DNA of 35,605 bases from Sandaracinaceae bacterium (lineage in GTDB: Bacteria > Myxococcota_A > Polyangia > Polyangiales > Sandaracinaceae), in NCBI GenBank assembly GCA_044220955.1, contig JBGAQA010000055.1, forward strand, positions 9,332-44,936. Direction: 5' to 3'. Below, piece by piece: positions 1-8,123 of the stretch. The translations under genes and the position numbers were made by a program. Positions within the stretch are counted from its first letter, which is position 1. Each line of letters opens with the position of its first letter. The notes under the pieces were generated by a model. It was not told the DNA's origin. It ran no database searches and saw only the letters and a program-made list of their open reading frames with translations.

Positions 1-237
1 GATGCCCGCCCCGCCCCGTGCCGAGTGAATCGGTCGACCACACGGCCTGTAGCCAATTGGCCATAGGCCTCGTCGGTAGGGTCCCCACCCTCACTCCGAC
101 TCGGCTCGCTACCGCTCGCCTCGCGAGGCACACCGCTCCTCTCGCGCGGCCGCCGGATCGTGCCCGAGGCCGTCGTCGATTTGGGGACAGACCCCGAGCT
201 GATTCCTGGACGGCCGGTACCGGCCCTCCCCCCGACC

Positions 238-744
238 TCAGCAGTCGTCGTCGCTCGGGGCGCCGAGCTCGACGGAGGTGTTGCGGAACACCGCGCTCCC
301 GAGCACGCGCTCGCGGGCGCGCGCGAGCTGACGCAGGAGCGTCCCGTTCGTCATCGCGCGCTCGACGGCGGGGCCCGGCGAGTACGTCGTCACGATGCTC
401 GCGTCCGCGCTCGCCGCGAGCCGGTGCAGCGCGCCCTTCGGCAGGTGGCTCGAGTCGCCCGTGCGCAGGTGTCGCACCTCGAAGTGCCAGCCCTCGTCGC
501 CCGCGGTCCATCGCTCCTCGACGAGCGCGCCGGAGACCACGTGCAGCCACGCGTCGGTCGCGCCGTGCGAGACGACCTCGGACTGCGCGCCGCGGCGCAG
601 CCAGCGCGCCACGATCTGGTGATCGGGATAGCGGGCGACCGACGCCCGCGTCTGTCCGCCCTCGGTCACCGCCGTCTGGTTGGCTCGCAGGTTGGCCCAG
701 CCGAGCCCGAAGAAAGCACGCGGTCGAGCGCCGAGGTCGTCCAT
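238..744 (-). CDS. Cysteine dioxygenase type I-like cupin, degenerate metal site
   Basis: Spacing W..G..S.VVSH...W.HVVSG.L.EERW ... LHRL ... TTYSPGP matches the CDO pattern (IHDH ... G.L.E ... LHRV ... SLHLYSPP), but two His are substituted. Confidence 0.6.
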   Translation of the reverse strand: MDDLGARPRAFFGLGWANLRANQTAVTEGGQTRASVARYPDHQIVARWLRRGAQSEVVSHGATDAWLHVVSGALVEERWTAGDEGWHFEVRHLRTGDSSHLPKGALHRLAASADASIVTTYSPGPAVERAMTNGTLLRQLARARERVLGSAVFRNTSVELGAPSDDDC

Positions 745-803
745 GCGGGCACGAGATCACGTTCCGGATCCGCGCGCCAGAAAGCGGTGCGATAGTGCCG
801 CGC

Positions 804-1745
804 ATGACCGAGATCCCGCGCTACCCGACGCTCCACGTGGACGTGCCGCCCGACGACGTGGACGAGGCCTCGGCGGCCCTCTTCGAGCTGGGGGCGAGCG
901 GCGTCGAGGAGCGCGATCGGTCGACGCTCGAGAAGTCCCCGGGCGACGCCGTGCTGCTCGTGGCGCACTTCGCGAGCGACGACGAGGCACGCATCGCGGG
1001 CGCCACGCTCAGGTGGCCCTGCCGGCTCGAGCACGTGATCGGCGACGACTGGAAGCACCGCTGGCGCGAGTTCTTCAAGCCCTCGCGCCTCGGCGAGCAC
1101 ATCGTCGTGCGTCCTCCCTGGGAAGAGGTGGAGACGAAGAAGGGCGACGTGGTGATCACCATCGACCCCGGCCAGGCGTTCGGCACGGGCACGCACGAGA
1201 CCACGCGCCTCGTGCTCGCGGAGCTCGACCGGGTCGTGAAGGGCGGTGAGCGCGTGCTCGACGTCGGGTGCGGCAGCGGGATCCTCTCGATCGGCGCGGT
1301 GCTCCTGGGCGCCTCGCGCGCGGACGGCATCGACGTGGAGGCGGAGTCGGTCGCGGCGACCCACGAGAACGCCGAGCGCAACGCCGTGAAGGGGAGGGTG
1401 AGGGCGAGCCTCACGCCGCTCGCGCGCGTGAAGGGCCAGTTCCCGCTGGTGCTCGCGAACGTGGAGAGCCGTGTGCTCGTGCCCTTCGCGAGGGAGATCG
1501 CGGCGAGGGTCGCTCCGGGCGGCACGCTGATCCTGTCGGGCCTGCTCGCGGACGAGGAGGCGAGCCTGATCGCGGCGTACGCGCCGATGTCGTGCGTGCG
1601 TGTGACGCGCGAGCGCGACTGGATCGCGATCACGCTGACGCGCGCTGGCTCGAAGCCGAAGCCGAAGCCGAAGTCGAAGCCGAAGTCGAAGTCGAAGCCG
1701 AAGCCGAAGTCGAGGTCGAAGTCGAGGTCGCCACGAAAACGATGA
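804..1745 (+). CDS. prmA: Ribosomal protein L11 methyltransferase with Lys-rich C-terminal tail
   Basis: DWKHRWREFFKP, IDPGQAFGTGTHETT and the SAM motif VLDVGCGSGILSI; ATG at 804 is in the frame of ORF 18..1745; adjacent to rsmE, a common gene order. Confidence 0.93.
   Translation: MTEIPRYPTLHVDVPPDDVDEASAALFELGASGVEERDRSTLEKSPGDAVLLVAHFASDDEARIAGATLRWPCRLEHVIGDDWKHRWREFFKPSRLGEHIVVRPPWEEVETKKGDVVITIDPGQAFGTGTHETTRLVLAELDRVVKGGERVLDVGCGSGILSIGAVLLGASRADGIDVEAESVAATHENAERNAVKGRVRASLTPLARVKGQFPLVLANVESRVLVPFAREIAARVAPGGTLILSGLLADEEASLIAAYAPMSCVRVTRERDWIAITLTRAGSKPKPKPKSKPKSKSKPKPKSRSKSRSPRKR
1650..1727 (+). repeat. 13 x 6-bp tandem repeat (YCGARG) encoding SKPKPKPKSKPKSKSKPKPKSRSKSR
   Basis: Read directly: tcgaag/ccgaag/tcgagg units in frame at the end of prmA. 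Confidence 0.95.
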
Positions 1746-2455
1746 GCGCCCCTCGCCTTCACTCGCCGTCCCCGCTCGTCCGAGCAGGCGGCCGCCTCGA
1801 GCTGGGGCAGAGCGCTGCGCGTCATGCGCACGTCCTCCGTCTCGCTGCCGGTGACCCGCTCGTCGTCTTCGACGCCGAGGGCCGGCAAGCGCACGCGCGC
1901 GTCGTCTCGCTCGAGCCGACCTCTCTATCCGTCGAGCTCGGCGCCATCACGCAGCACGCGCCCGACGCGTACGGCCCCGTGCTCGTCCAGTGCGTCCCGA
2001 AGGGCAGCAAGCTCGACGACGTCGTGCGCGCCGCGACGGAGGCCGGCGCCTCGGCCATCCACCTCGCGCTCGCGTCTCGCTCGATCGCCCGCGCCGAGGG
2101 CCGCCTCGATCGGCTCGCGCGCATCGCCGAGGAGGCCGCGCGTCAGTCGGAGGCGCCGCGCGTCCCGGCGATCCACGCGCCCGCGTCGCTGAGGGAGGTC
2201 GCCTCCCGTGCGCCACGCACGAGCGCACGGGTGCTGCTCTCGCCGCGCGCCGGAGCACGCCTTCGCGAGGTCATCCGGGCGGACGCGGCGACCCCGCCCT
2301 GGCTCGTCGTCGGCCCCGAGGGCGGGCTCGACGACGCCGAGACGGATTCGCTGCTCGCCTCGGGGTACGTGCTCGGTCGTCTCGACACCTACGTCCTGCG
2401 CACCGAGCACGCCGGCCCCATCGCCGTCGCTCTCGCGCGCGAGCTCGCCGGCTAG
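1742..2455 (+). CDS. rsmE: 16S rRNA m3U1498 methyltransferase RsmE
   Basis: HAHVLRL, K.DDVVRAATEAG, EAARQS, VVGPEGG and LRTEHA motifs; ATG overlaps the prmA stop (ATGA). Confidence 0.92.
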   Translation: MSAPRLHSPSPLVRAGGRLELGQSAARHAHVLRLAAGDPLVVFDAEGRQAHARVVSLEPTSLSVELGAITQHAPDAYGPVLVQCVPKGSKLDDVVRAATEAGASAIHLALASRSIARAEGRLDRLARIAEEAARQSEAPRVPAIHAPASLREVASRAPRTSARVLLSPRAGARLREVIRADAATPPWLVVGPEGGLDDAETDSLLASGYVLGRLDTYVLRTEHAGPIAVALARELAG

Positions 2456-2573
2456 GCACGCCGCTCTGTGCCACGGCCGATGGGTCAGTGACCTCCGGGA
2501 CACACTCGGGGGCTCCGTGATCGGCGCGAGATCGCGCGTTCGCGCGTGGCACGCGCGCTGCTCCAGCGAGGGC

Positions 2574-3470
2574 ATGCGCTTCGCCGTCGCCCTCACGCTC
2601 CTCGCCGCGCTCCTCCCGCCAGGCTCGATCGCATCGGCGCAGACCGCACCGATCGTCGTCATCGGCCCCGCGCCGGCGGTGTCGGGTCCGCCGCCGCAGG
2701 TCGCCCCGACGATCCCGCCCGGCTACGAGATCGAGGGCGACCTCGGTGGTCTGCACTTCCGGGCCCGCGTGACGGCGCCGCCGAGCGCCGCGCCGGCCCC
2801 CGCGCCCGCCCCGGTGATGGTCCCGGCTCCCGCGCCGGCCCCCGCACCCTCGCAGATCGTCGTCCCGCCGCCGGTCATGGTGGTGCAAGCGGCGGCGCCG
2901 CCCGCGCAGCCGACGTACGCGCCCGCGTACCCGCCCCTCGACCCCACGCGGCGGCCGGTCGATCACCGCCCGCGTCTCGACGAGGGCATGGACTTCGGTG
3001 GCCGCCTCGGCCTCGAGCTCCTGGGGGCCGGCGTCGGGTTCGGCCTCGCGACGGGACTGGCCTACCTCATCGACTCGGACCGCCGGCACGACGACGGGGT
3101 CTTCACCGCGACCGCGCTGATGGCGAGCGCGGGCCTGGTCCCGACGGGCGTCTCGATCTTCGGTGGCGCGATCGCGGGCGGCCGCGGCCGGTTCGGCGGC
3201 GCGATGCTCGGCCAGGTGATCGGCGGCGGTCTCTCGGCGATGATCGTGCTGGCGGCCGACGTGCAGTTCCACGAGCCCTGGGAGCTGATCGGTGCCATCG
3301 CCGGCCCCGCGATCCTCGGGGCGATCCTCGGCTTCGAGGCTCAGCACGGCCTGCGCACCGCCCGGCTCGAGCGGCAGGCCGAGCGCGAGGGCGCGCAGCT
3401 CAGCGGCGTCTCGATCGCTCCGACCGCCCAGGGATCGGGCGCGCTCGCGGGGCTCAGCGGGACCTTCTGA
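2574..3470 (+). CDS. Exported/membrane hypothetical protein: signal peptide, Pro/Ala-rich linker, Gly-rich hydrophobic helices, terminal Phe
   Basis: MRFAVALTLLAALL..ASA signal peptide, PAPAP tract, several hydrophobic segments, ends GLSGTF. Confidence 0.7.
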   Translation: MRFAVALTLLAALLPPGSIASAQTAPIVVIGPAPAVSGPPPQVAPTIPPGYEIEGDLGGLHFRARVTAPPSAAPAPAPAPVMVPAPAPAPAPSQIVVPPPVMVVQAAAPPAQPTYAPAYPPLDPTRRPVDHRPRLDEGMDFGGRLGLELLGAGVGFGLATGLAYLIDSDRRHDDGVFTATALMASAGLVPTGVSIFGGAIAGGRGRFGGAMLGQVIGGGLSAMIVLAADVQFHEPWELIGAIAGPAILGAILGFEAQHGLRTARLERQAEREGAQLSGVSIAPTAQGSGALAGLSGTF

Positions 3471-3476
3471 TCGCGT

Positions 3477-3565
3477 CAGTGCGCCGGGGTCAGTGCGCCG
3501 CGTATCACTGCTTCGCGTAGCACTGCGCCGCGTATCACTGCGCCGCGTATCACTGCGCCGGGATC
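3477..3565. repeat. About 6 tandem copies of a 15-bp unit (CACTGCGCCGCGTAT consensus) between convergent genes
   Basis: Units start at 3477 (14 bp), 3491, 3506, 3521, 3536 and 3551; the array overlaps the stop codon of the minus-strand lipoprotein. Confidence 0.85.
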
Positions 3566-3999
3566 ATGGGGCACTGCGCCGTCCACGATCCGTTCGGCCG
3601 CGCGTCGGTGGTGCCGGTGCCCGCGTACACGTAGCGCGTGCCGGGCTGGCCCGCGCCGGGGATCACGAACTCCCAGCCGCTCGAGGTGACCCACGTGTAG
3701 TAGTGCGTGCCATCCGCACCGCTCCACTGGTTGTCGATGATCGCACCCGAGCCGTCGGCGGACTGCTCGAACAGCTCCGTGCCGTTGGCGCCCTGCAGCA
3801 GGAAATACCGAATGCCGGAGGGCGGCGAGAAGGGGCGGCCATCCACGCCCGTGCACGCGGGCACGTCCCACGCGGCGAGCGCGCCGGTCGTCGGAGTATC
3901 GCGCCCGGCCAGGCGGGCGCCGTGGAGGAACGCGGAAGCGCAGCCGGAAGCGGCCAGGCAGAGCAGCGCGAAGGTGAGGACGAGCGAGACACGCATCAT
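3550..3999 (-). CDS. Small putative lipoprotein of unknown function
   Basis: Hydrophobic signal with lipobox-like LAASGC; aromatic/beta-rich mature region. Confidence 0.7.
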   Translation of the reverse strand: MMRVSLVLTFALLCLAASGCASAFLHGARLAGRDTPTTGALAAWDVPACTGVDGRPFSPPSGIRYFLLQGANGTELFEQSADGSGAIIDNQWSGADGTHYYTWVTSSGWEFVIPGAGQPGTRYVYAGTGTTDARPNGSWTAQCPMIPAQ

Positions 4000-4109
4000 G
4001 GAGAACCCCCGTTCGAGCGCGCGACACTACCATGGGCGTGCGGTGCCGCGATTGGCTGTCGTCACCTTCCGATGGCGAGGGCCGGGCGGGTGCCGCATCC
4101 TCTCGATCG

Positions 4110-4685
4110 ATGCGCCTCGCCGTCCGCGCCCTGCCCGCCCTGCTCGCGCTCCTCGCGTTCCCGTCGATCGCCTTCGCGACCCAGGTCGAGGCGCTCTCCA
4201 TGCGCGAGCTCGTCGAGGGCGCCGACCACATCGTGGTCGGCACCGTGGTCGCGCAGCAGGCGCACTACGACGACCTCGACCGCATCGTGACCGACTCGAC
4301 GATCCGCGTGGAGGAGACGCTGCACGGCGCGCGGAGCGAGACCCTCGTCGTGCGGCACATCGGGGGCGTCGTCGGCGAGCTGGGCCTGAGCGTCGCCGGG
4401 GAGGGGCGCTACGCGGACGGCGCGCGCATGCTGCTGTTCCTGCGGAGCTTCGACTCGGGCGACGCCGGCGTCGTGATGCGGCCCGTCGGGATGTCGCAAG
4501 GCGAGATGCCGATCGTCGACGGCGCGACGGGCGAGGTGGTCCTGCCCGGCGCGGCGGGCGTGTCCGTCGTCACGCGCATGCCCGACGGCCAGCTCGTTCC
4601 CGCGCCCGCCGCGATCACCGCTCCGGCTCCGCGCGACGAGCTGCTCGCGCGCGTGCGCGACCTCGTGGCCGAGGTCCACCCGTGA
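4110..4685 (+). CDS. Secreted partner protein upstream of matrixin
   Basis: Signal peptide ending AFA, then LSMRELVEGADHIVVGTV, as seen in proteins paired with myxobacterial matrixins; its stop overlaps the next GTG. Confidence 0.75.
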   Translation: MRLAVRALPALLALLAFPSIAFATQVEALSMRELVEGADHIVVGTVVAQQAHYDDLDRIVTDSTIRVEETLHGARSETLVVRHIGGVVGELGLSVAGEGRYADGARMLLFLRSFDSGDAGVVMRPVGMSQGEMPIVDGATGEVVLPGAAGVSVVTRMPDGQLVPAPAAITAPAPRDELLARVRDLVAEVHP

Positions 4686-5656
4686 GCCTTCCACGGGCGG
4701 CCACGCGGCTCCTCGGTTGCGCTGCCGCCGTCGCGGCGACGCTGCTCGCTCCGCGCCCGGCGGCCGCGTACTGCCGCATGGTCACGGGCGACGGCCGTCA
4801 GCCGAGCGACTACTCGTCGTGCGCCCCGCTCGCGACCGAGAACGACCACTACCTCTTCTGGACGCACCGCTGCACGCAGCTCTCGATCTCGTCGGCTGCC
4901 CCGCCGCACTCGCTCACGATCGCCGAGGTGCAGGACGTCTTCCGCGCGGCGGCTGCGACGTGGGGCGCCATCGACTGCGGCAGCGGCGTCGACCTCTCGC
5001 CGCGCTTCTCCATCGACGTCCTGATGGAGACCAACGCGTGCACGCGCTCGGGCCACAACGGCCGCGGCCACAACGTCAGCTCCGTGATGTTCGTGCAGGA
5101 CGTGCGCGAGTGGACGCAGACGCGCGGCTGGTCGCCGGTCGCGTTCGCCGTGACGCTCGCCTGGCACCTCGAGTCCACGGGCGAGATCGTCGACGTCGAC
5201 ATGGAGATCAACGAGAGTCGCGGGAGCTGGACGGTCTGCGCGCCGAGCGGCTGCGTGGACGGCGCCTCGACGTGCCCGCCGACCGGCTGCGGCCGCGACG
5301 GCGGGCCGGTCGACCTGCAGAACGTCGTGACGCACGAGCTCGGCCACTACCTCGGGCTCGGGCACACGACGCGCGACCACCCCGACGCGACGATGTACGC
5401 GAGCGCGCAGTTCGGCGAGCTCACCATGCGCGACCTCGACGTCGACGACATCGCGGGCATCTGCGACTCGTACCCGCCGGGCGCGCTCGCAGCCAGCTGC
5501 GATCCCACGCCGGCGGGCGGGCTCTCGCTCGACTGTCAGTCGCACGACTGCGGCTGCGGCGTTCCGGGCGCCGGACCCGGTGACGGGCGCAGCGGCTGGC
5601 TCGCGCTCGCCGCGCTCGGGGTCGTCATCGTCGCGCGCCGCCGCCGGGCTCGCTGA
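4682..5656 (+). CDS. Matrixin (M10-like) zinc metalloprotease with MYXO-CTERM-like sorting signal
   Basis: HELGHYLGLGH zinc motif, Met-turn ATMY, signal peptide, C-terminal CGCGVPG + hydrophobic stretch + RRRRAR. Confidence 0.9.
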   Translation: MSLPRAATRLLGCAAAVAATLLAPRPAAAYCRMVTGDGRQPSDYSSCAPLATENDHYLFWTHRCTQLSISSAAPPHSLTIAEVQDVFRAAAATWGAIDCGSGVDLSPRFSIDVLMETNACTRSGHNGRGHNVSSVMFVQDVREWTQTRGWSPVAFAVTLAWHLESTGEIVDVDMEINESRGSWTVCAPSGCVDGASTCPPTGCGRDGGPVDLQNVVTHELGHYLGLGHTTRDHPDATMYASAQFGELTMRDLDVDDIAGICDSYPPGALAASCDPTPAGGLSLDCQSHDCGCGVPGAGPGDGRSGWLALAALGVVIVARRRRAR

Positions 5657-5665
5657 GGCCCGCAC

Positions 5666-6757
5666 GTGCGTCCCGGAGATCGCGCCGAGCCGACGTTCGA
5701 CTTCGATCGCTTCTTCGCCTCGCGACCCGTGATCCTCGCGCCGATGGAGGAGGTCTCGGACGCAGCGTTCCGAGCCGTCTGCCGGGCGCGCGGAGCCGAC
5801 CTGTGCGTGACGGAGTTCGCGCTCGCCGATGCGCTCGTCGCCGCGCAGCCCGACGTCCTCTCTAAGATCCACCTCGGGCCGGCGGACCGGCCGACGGCGA
5901 TCCAGATCTACGGCGCGGACGAGGAGGCGCTCGCCACGGCCGCGTCGATCGCGGAGCGCTCCGAGCCCGCGTACGTGGACGTCAACTGCGGGTGCTGGGT
6001 GCCCAAGGTCGCGCGCGCGGGCGCGGGCGCCGGATGGCTCCGTGACCCGCACGCGATGGTCCGGATGGCCGCGAACGTCGTCTCGCGCGTCGCGCTCCCC
6101 GTCACCGTCAAGACGCGCATCGGCTTCGGCGACGAGGCGACGATGCCGATCGTGGACCTCGCTCGCCGCCTCGAGGACGTGGGCGTACGCGCGCTCACGA
6201 TCCACTGTCGCACCGCCCGCATGGGTCACGCCGGCTCGGCCGACTGGAGCTGGGCGCGCCGGGTGCGCGAGGTCGTCTCGATCCCGGTGATCGTCAACGG
6301 CGACGTGCGCAGCGGAGACGACGCGAGGAGCGCGCTCGCGGAGACGGGCTGCGCAGGCGTGATGATCGGTCGCCGCGCGATGGAGCACCCGTGGATCTTC
6401 CGCGAGGTGCGCGCGCGGCTCGCGGGGGCGCGGAGGCCCCCCGCGCCCTCGGACGCGGAGCGTCTCGCGCTCTGCCGCGAGCACCTCGCGCGCCTCGCGC
6501 AGGAGCACTCGCCCGGGCGGGCCGTCCGCACGATGCGTCGCTACTACCCCGGCTACCTGGCGCGTCTGCCCGACGCTCGCCTGCTGATCAAGCGGCTCGG
6601 AGCCGCCGGCACCATGGCGGCGACGCTCGCGGTGCTCGACGACGCCGAGAGCGTCGACGACGCGCGGGGCCACGAGGGCGCGAGCGACCCCTATTCGATC
6701 GACGCGGCGAGCCAGCCGGCCGTCCGCGCGACCTCCGCGATGAGCTCGACGACTTGA
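5666..6757 (+). CDS. dusB: tRNA-dihydrouridine synthase (DusB-like)
   Basis: ILAPME, DVNCGCW, PVTVKTRIG, TIHCRT, VIVNGDV and GVMIGR motifs. Confidence 0.88.
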   Translation: MRPGDRAEPTFDFDRFFASRPVILAPMEEVSDAAFRAVCRARGADLCVTEFALADALVAAQPDVLSKIHLGPADRPTAIQIYGADEEALATAASIAERSEPAYVDVNCGCWVPKVARAGAGAGWLRDPHAMVRMAANVVSRVALPVTVKTRIGFGDEATMPIVDLARRLEDVGVRALTIHCRTARMGHAGSADWSWARRVREVVSIPVIVNGDVRSGDDARSALAETGCAGVMIGRRAMEHPWIFREVRARLAGARRPPAPSDAERLALCREHLARLAQEHSPGRAVRTMRRYYPGYLARLPDARLLIKRLGAAGTMAATLAVLDDAESVDDARGHEGASDPYSIDAASQPAVRATSAMSSTT

Positions 6758-8046
6758 TCGAAGTCGAGCGGCTTGCGCGCGAAGCGCCGCACGCCGAGCG
6801 CCGCGAAGCGCAGGACCGCCTCCTCGTCCACGCCGGCGGTCAGCACCACCACGCGCACGGTCCCGCCCTCGGGCAAGCTCCGGACGCGCGTGAGAAGCTC
6901 GACGCCGTCGGTGTCCGGTAGGCGATAGTCGAGCAGCAGGAGCTGGGGCAGGCGCCGCGTGCATCTCTCCACGGCGCGCGCGCCCGAGGTCGCCTCCGAG
7001 ACGGACACGGGGATGTCGGCGAATGCCGCCCGGACGCAGCGCGTGGCGAGCTGCGTGAACAAGGGGTCGTCGTCGATCACGAGCACGCGCAGTGCGCCGT
7101 CGTCGGTGTCGAACGTGGCGCTCGGCTCGCCTCGTCCCGGCTCGGGCGGCCTGCGCGCCGCGGCGTCGCGGAGCGCGGTCGCGAAGGACGCCACCGTCGG
7201 AAAGCGCGCGGCGGCCTGTGCCGAGAGCGCGCGCAGGATCACCGGATCGAGCGGCGCGGCGTGCTGCGCGTGCCTCGAGGGGGGAGCGGGCGCGGGGCGC
7301 GAAGGTCGCACGAGCTCGTGGGGCGTCCCCTCGAACGGCAGCCTCCCGGTGAGCATCTCGTACGCGATCACGGCGAGCGCGAACTGGTCCGACGCGGGGC
7401 TCGGGAGCGCACCCGCGAGCAGCTCGGGCGCCATGTACTCGAGGGTCCCGTACAGACGATCGGGTCGCTGGGTCGAGAGGGTGTCGCGCGCGACGCCGAA
7501 GTCGACCAGCACGACGCGGCCGGTGTCGTGCTCCACGATCACGTTCTCGGGCTTCACGTCGCGGTGCACGATCCCGAGCGCGTGCGCCTCCGAGAGCGCG
7601 CTCGCGAGGTCGCGAACGATCGCCACGCTCCTGCCGAGCGGGAGCGTGGCGCGCCGCAGCGCGTGCCGCTGGACGATCTCGTGGAGCGTCGTGCCGTCCA
7701 CGTGCTCCATCGCGAAGAACGGCGCGCCGAACGCCATGCCGAAGCAATGGATCGCCGCGACGTTCGGGCTCCGCATGCGGGCCAGACGGGCCGCCTCGGT
7801 CACGAACGTCGCGCTCGAGCGCGGCACGTGAGCGTGCGGCCGCTTGATCGCGACGGAGCGCTCGAGGTGCACGTCGTGTGCATGGTAGACCTCGCCCATC
7901 GACCCGGCGCCCAGGTTGCGCAGGATCCGGTAGCGCCCGTCGATCAGCGTGCCGATCACGAGCGGGGCTCCGCTCCGGTCGAGCTCCAGCTCGCAGAGCG
8001 CGCAGTGCCGTCCGTCGTCCAGGCGGCTGGAACCGGTCGGTGCCAC
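6691..8046 (-). CDS. Hanks-type Ser/Thr protein kinase fused to a C-terminal response-regulator receiver domain
   Basis: GAGSMGEVY, VAIK, HRDVKPEN, DFG and YMAPE; receiver VIDDD..LLLLD..VLTA..KP; N-terminal CALC. Confidence 0.92.
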   Translation of the reverse strand: MAPTGSSRLDDGRHCALCELELDRSGAPLVIGTLIDGRYRILRNLGAGSMGEVYHAHDVHLERSVAIKRPHAHVPRSSATFVTEAARLARMRSPNVAAIHCFGMAFGAPFFAMEHVDGTTLHEIVQRHALRRATLPLGRSVAIVRDLASALSEAHALGIVHRDVKPENVIVEHDTGRVVLVDFGVARDTLSTQRPDRLYGTLEYMAPELLAGALPSPASDQFALAVIAYEMLTGRLPFEGTPHELVRPSRPAPAPPSRHAQHAAPLDPVILRALSAQAAARFPTVASFATALRDAAARRPPEPGRGEPSATFDTDDGALRVLVIDDDPLFTQLATRCVRAAFADIPVSVSEATSGARAVERCTRRLPQLLLLDYRLPDTDGVELLTRVRSLPEGGTVRVVVLTAGVDEEAVLRFAALGVRRFARKPLDFDQVVELIAEVARTAGWLAASIE

Positions 8047-8123
8047 GGCAGGACGATAGAGGAAGAACGCGCCCCGGTCGGGCGAATTCGTGGACGCGCT
8101 CTTCCGCCGTGTACTCTGCGAAC

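Noticed and set aside
18..803. N-terminal extension of PrmA in ORF 18..1745
   Set aside because: Low-complexity shadow translation overlapping the minus-strand cupin; PrmA similarity starts near ATG 804.
3477..3565. CRISPR array
   Set aside because: 15-bp units are directly adjacent with no unique spacers, and no cas genes are present.
6691..6757. 67-bp convergent overlap of dus and the kinase as a regulatory feature
   Set aside because: Most simply a stop-codon run-on of dus in GC-rich DNA; there is no other evidence.
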